The position numbers were made by a program, and so were the translations under genes. The notes beneath the pieces are model-generated. The model was not told the DNA's origin and ran no database searches. It saw only the letters and a list, made by a program, of their open reading frames with translations. Below, in pieces: positions 13,082 through 15,276 of a stretch of 15,276 bases of DNA. Numbering within the stretch: position 1 is the first letter of the stretch; each line of letters begins with the position of its first letter. Origin of the DNA: Candidatus Thorarchaeota archaeon (GTDB taxonomy: Archaea > Asgardarchaeota > Thorarchaeia > Thorarchaeales > Thorarchaeaceae); the NCBI GenBank assembly GCA_016839445.1, contig JAEOUG010000135.1, positions 1-15,276 on the forward strand, in the 5' to 3' direction.

Positions 13082-14593
13082 ATGGATGAATATGATAGAC
13101 TACTCAAGCTGGAAAAGGAGATAGCCCTCCTGCAGAGCTCCATGTCCATTGTGGGCTGGGACACTGAGACTTACATGCCTCCTAAGGGTCTGAGACTAAG
13201 GAGTGAGCAGATGGGGCTTCTGAGTTCACTTGGCCACCGTATGGGGACTAGTAAGGAGCTCGGTGAGGTCTTGGCAGCTCTCAAGAAGAAGAACGGTGCA
13301 CTCAACGACACTCAGCGCAGGCACGTCTATCTTTCAAAGAGAACGTACGACATCCTGACCAAGATGCCAGAAGAGCTAGTTGCTAGCATGGCCAAGCAGC
13401 AAGCAATCAGCGTTGAGACATGGAAGAAAGCCAAGTCCGCAAACAAATGGACGCAGTTTGAACCCGAACTCCAGAAGATGTTTGACCTTAAGTTCAAGGA
13501 AGCCGAGTTTCGCATGGAAGTCCTAGGTATCTCTGATCCCTACGATGCCATGCTGGACAGGTTTGAGAGGAATATGAGGGCGGAAGATGTCTCGAAGATG
13601 TTTGCAGAACTGAGGAATGGACTGGTTCCCCTCACCAAGAAGTGCGCTGAGGCATCGAAAGAGGTTGATGCAGATTTCTTGCAGCGCATTGTTTCAGTTG
13701 AGACTCAAAGGAAGATCGCAGCCGACCTCTGCGAGGTGATTGGCTATGACATATCATCCGACAGCGCAGGCGGTCGCATTGACGAAGTTGAGCACCCCTT
13801 CACTACGGGCTACTACGATGATGTCAGAATCACCGTGAAGTACCATGAAGACAACGTCTCCTCAATGATCTATGCAATCCTGCACGAGGGAGGCCATGCT
13901 CTCTACGAACAGAATCTGAATCCCGAGTGGATATACACATCACTGGGTCTTGCAGCCTCTTATGGGATTCATGAGTCACAATCAAGATTCATAGAGAACA
14001 TGATAGGCAGGTCACCGGAGTTCCTAGAGTACTACAAGCCGAGGCTCGACAAACTCACAGACACATTCGCAGATATCGAACTGGAGCATTTCACGAAGGC
14101 CATGAACTTGGTAGAGCCTTCCCTGATACGCATTGAGGCAGACGAAGTAACATACTCACTTCATGTGATTATACGATACGAGATTGAGAGAGACCTCTAT
14201 GCTGGAAAGGTCACGATCTCCGAGCTACCCCAGATATGGAACGAACGCTATGAGGAGTACTTGGGAGTTGAAGTGCCTGACGACGCGAAGGGCGTGATGC
14301 AAGACACTCATTGGGCCAGCGGCTATTTCGGATACTTCCCGTCATATGCGATGGGTAATGTGTACGATGGCATGTGGCTTGAGAGACTCGAGCAGGACTT
14401 GCCGAACTGGGTCTCAGGATTGAGGAGCGGTAAGATCACGCCTTCGATAGATTGGATGAAGGAACACGTCCAGCACCTTGCTTCGCTCTACGACCCGAGC
14501 GATTTGGTCGAACACGTGACAGGCAAGAAGACTTCAGCCAAGCCGTTCCTGAAGTACGTTGAGCAGAAGTACTCGAATCTCTTCGGCTTCTAG
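13082..14593 (+). CDS. M32 family metallocarboxypeptidase (carboxypeptidase Taq-like)
   Basis: HPF, DVRIT, HEGGH (HExxH), HESQSRF, IRIEADE, QDxHW and GYFPSY. The ATG at 13082 is preferred over the TTG at 13046 because AGGTGA lies 7 nt upstream. Confidence 0.93.
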   Translation: MDEYDRLLKLEKEIALLQSSMSIVGWDTETYMPPKGLRLRSEQMGLLSSLGHRMGTSKELGEVLAALKKKNGALNDTQRRHVYLSKRTYDILTKMPEELVASMAKQQAISVETWKKAKSANKWTQFEPELQKMFDLKFKEAEFRMEVLGISDPYDAMLDRFERNMRAEDVSKMFAELRNGLVPLTKKCAEASKEVDADFLQRIVSVETQRKIAADLCEVIGYDISSDSAGGRIDEVEHPFTTGYYDDVRITVKYHEDNVSSMIYAILHEGGHALYEQNLNPEWIYTSLGLAASYGIHESQSRFIENMIGRSPEFLEYYKPRLDKLTDTFADIELEHFTKAMNLVEPSLIRIEADEVTYSLHVIIRYEIERDLYAGKVTISELPQIWNERYEEYLGVEVPDDAKGVMQDTHWASGYFGYFPSYAMGNVYDGMWLERLEQDLPNWVSGLRSGKITPSIDWMKEHVQHLASLYDPSDLVEHVTGKKTSAKPFLKYVEQKYSNLFGF

Positions 14594-14661
14594 CAAGAGC
14601 CGAATGGGACACGCGTCAGATGTAATCACTTAGAAGTGGGCAGTGCTCATGGTGAATCGTA

Positions 14662-15276
14662 ATGATTCAGTATGAAGGCTCCATTTGGAGGCCTCCCAGC
14701 GAAGCAAGAAGCCTCATTCTGCAGGCGACCATAGGCTGTTCCCACAACGCCTGCATCTTCTGCGTGTCTTACAAGACGAAGACATACCGAGTGCGTGGAG
14801 CTGCTGGAATCAGCGAGGATCTTGCGACTGTCTCAGACTCACACAAGAAGAGCGTAAGACGTGTCTTCCTGGCAGATGGGAATGCCTTAGCCATGGACAC
14901 GGAAGACCTGATAGACATCTTGGATGTTCTAAGAAACGAGCTCCCATCTCTTGAACGCGTAGGAATCTATGGATACGCCAAAGATGTGCGAAACAAGACG
15001 GAAGAGGATCTAGGACGCTTGAAGTCTGCAGGCCTCGGTATTGTCTATTTCGGACTTGAAACGGGTGATGATGATCTGCTGAGATGGGCGAGGAAAGGTG
15101 TCGATAGAAGAGAGAGCATCGATGCCTGTCGGAAGATACGTCGTGGCGGAATTCCGCTATCCATCACAATCATCTTGGGTCTTGGAGGCTCCGACAATTC
15201 TGAGAGGCATGCTAGAGCCACCGCAGATGCCCTGAATGAGATAGACCCAGAATACGTGGGCGCTCTGACACTCATG
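14662..15276 (+). CDS. Radical SAM protein, truncated at the window edge (absent from the ORF track)
   Basis: Open for 205 codons to the window end. Begins MIQYEGSIWRPPSEARSLILQATIGCSHNACIFC (CxxxCxxC), then VFLADGNAL and YFGLETG. GGTGA SD at 14651-14655. Confidence 0.9.
   Translation, partial: MIQYEGSIWRPPSEARSLILQATIGCSHNACIFCVSYKTKTYRVRGAAGISEDLATVSDSHKKSVRRVFLADGNALAMDTEDLIDILDVLRNELPSLERVGIYGYAKDVRNKTEEDLGRLKSAGLGIVYFGLETGDDDLLRWARKGVDRRESIDACRKIRRGGIPLSITIILGLGGSDNSERHARATADALNEIDPEYVGALTLM

Overview
A gene-dense archaeal chromosomal window with 14 CDS and no mobile element, CRISPR array, rRNA or tRNA that I can support. TATA-like boxes, GGTGA/GAGGTG ribosome-binding sites and the gene content suggest an Asgard archaeon, possibly Thorarchaeia (inference). 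In order, the genes are: a GT87/GT-C glycosyltransferase, a membrane hypothetical, a non-pyrrolysine MttB-family methyltransferase, two distantly paralogous 4-TM proteins, an isoaspartyl peptidase/asparaginase, a divergent membrane pyrophosphatase, a coupled pair of anchored surface proteins (beta-helix and SBBP propeller), thioredoxin, an EamA/DMT transporter, an M32 carboxypeptidase and a radical SAM gene cut by the window edge. Four signals stand out: (1) a ~145-nt structured RNA candidate with its own TATA-like box between convergent genes at 11390-11534; (2) a ~95-nt structured leader that would sequester the RBS of the mttB homologue; (3) a membrane PPase lacking the canonical gate Lys and Glu; (4) four bacterial-style hairpin plus T-tract terminators. 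All structures were folded by eye and all family calls are from recalled motifs, with no database search.
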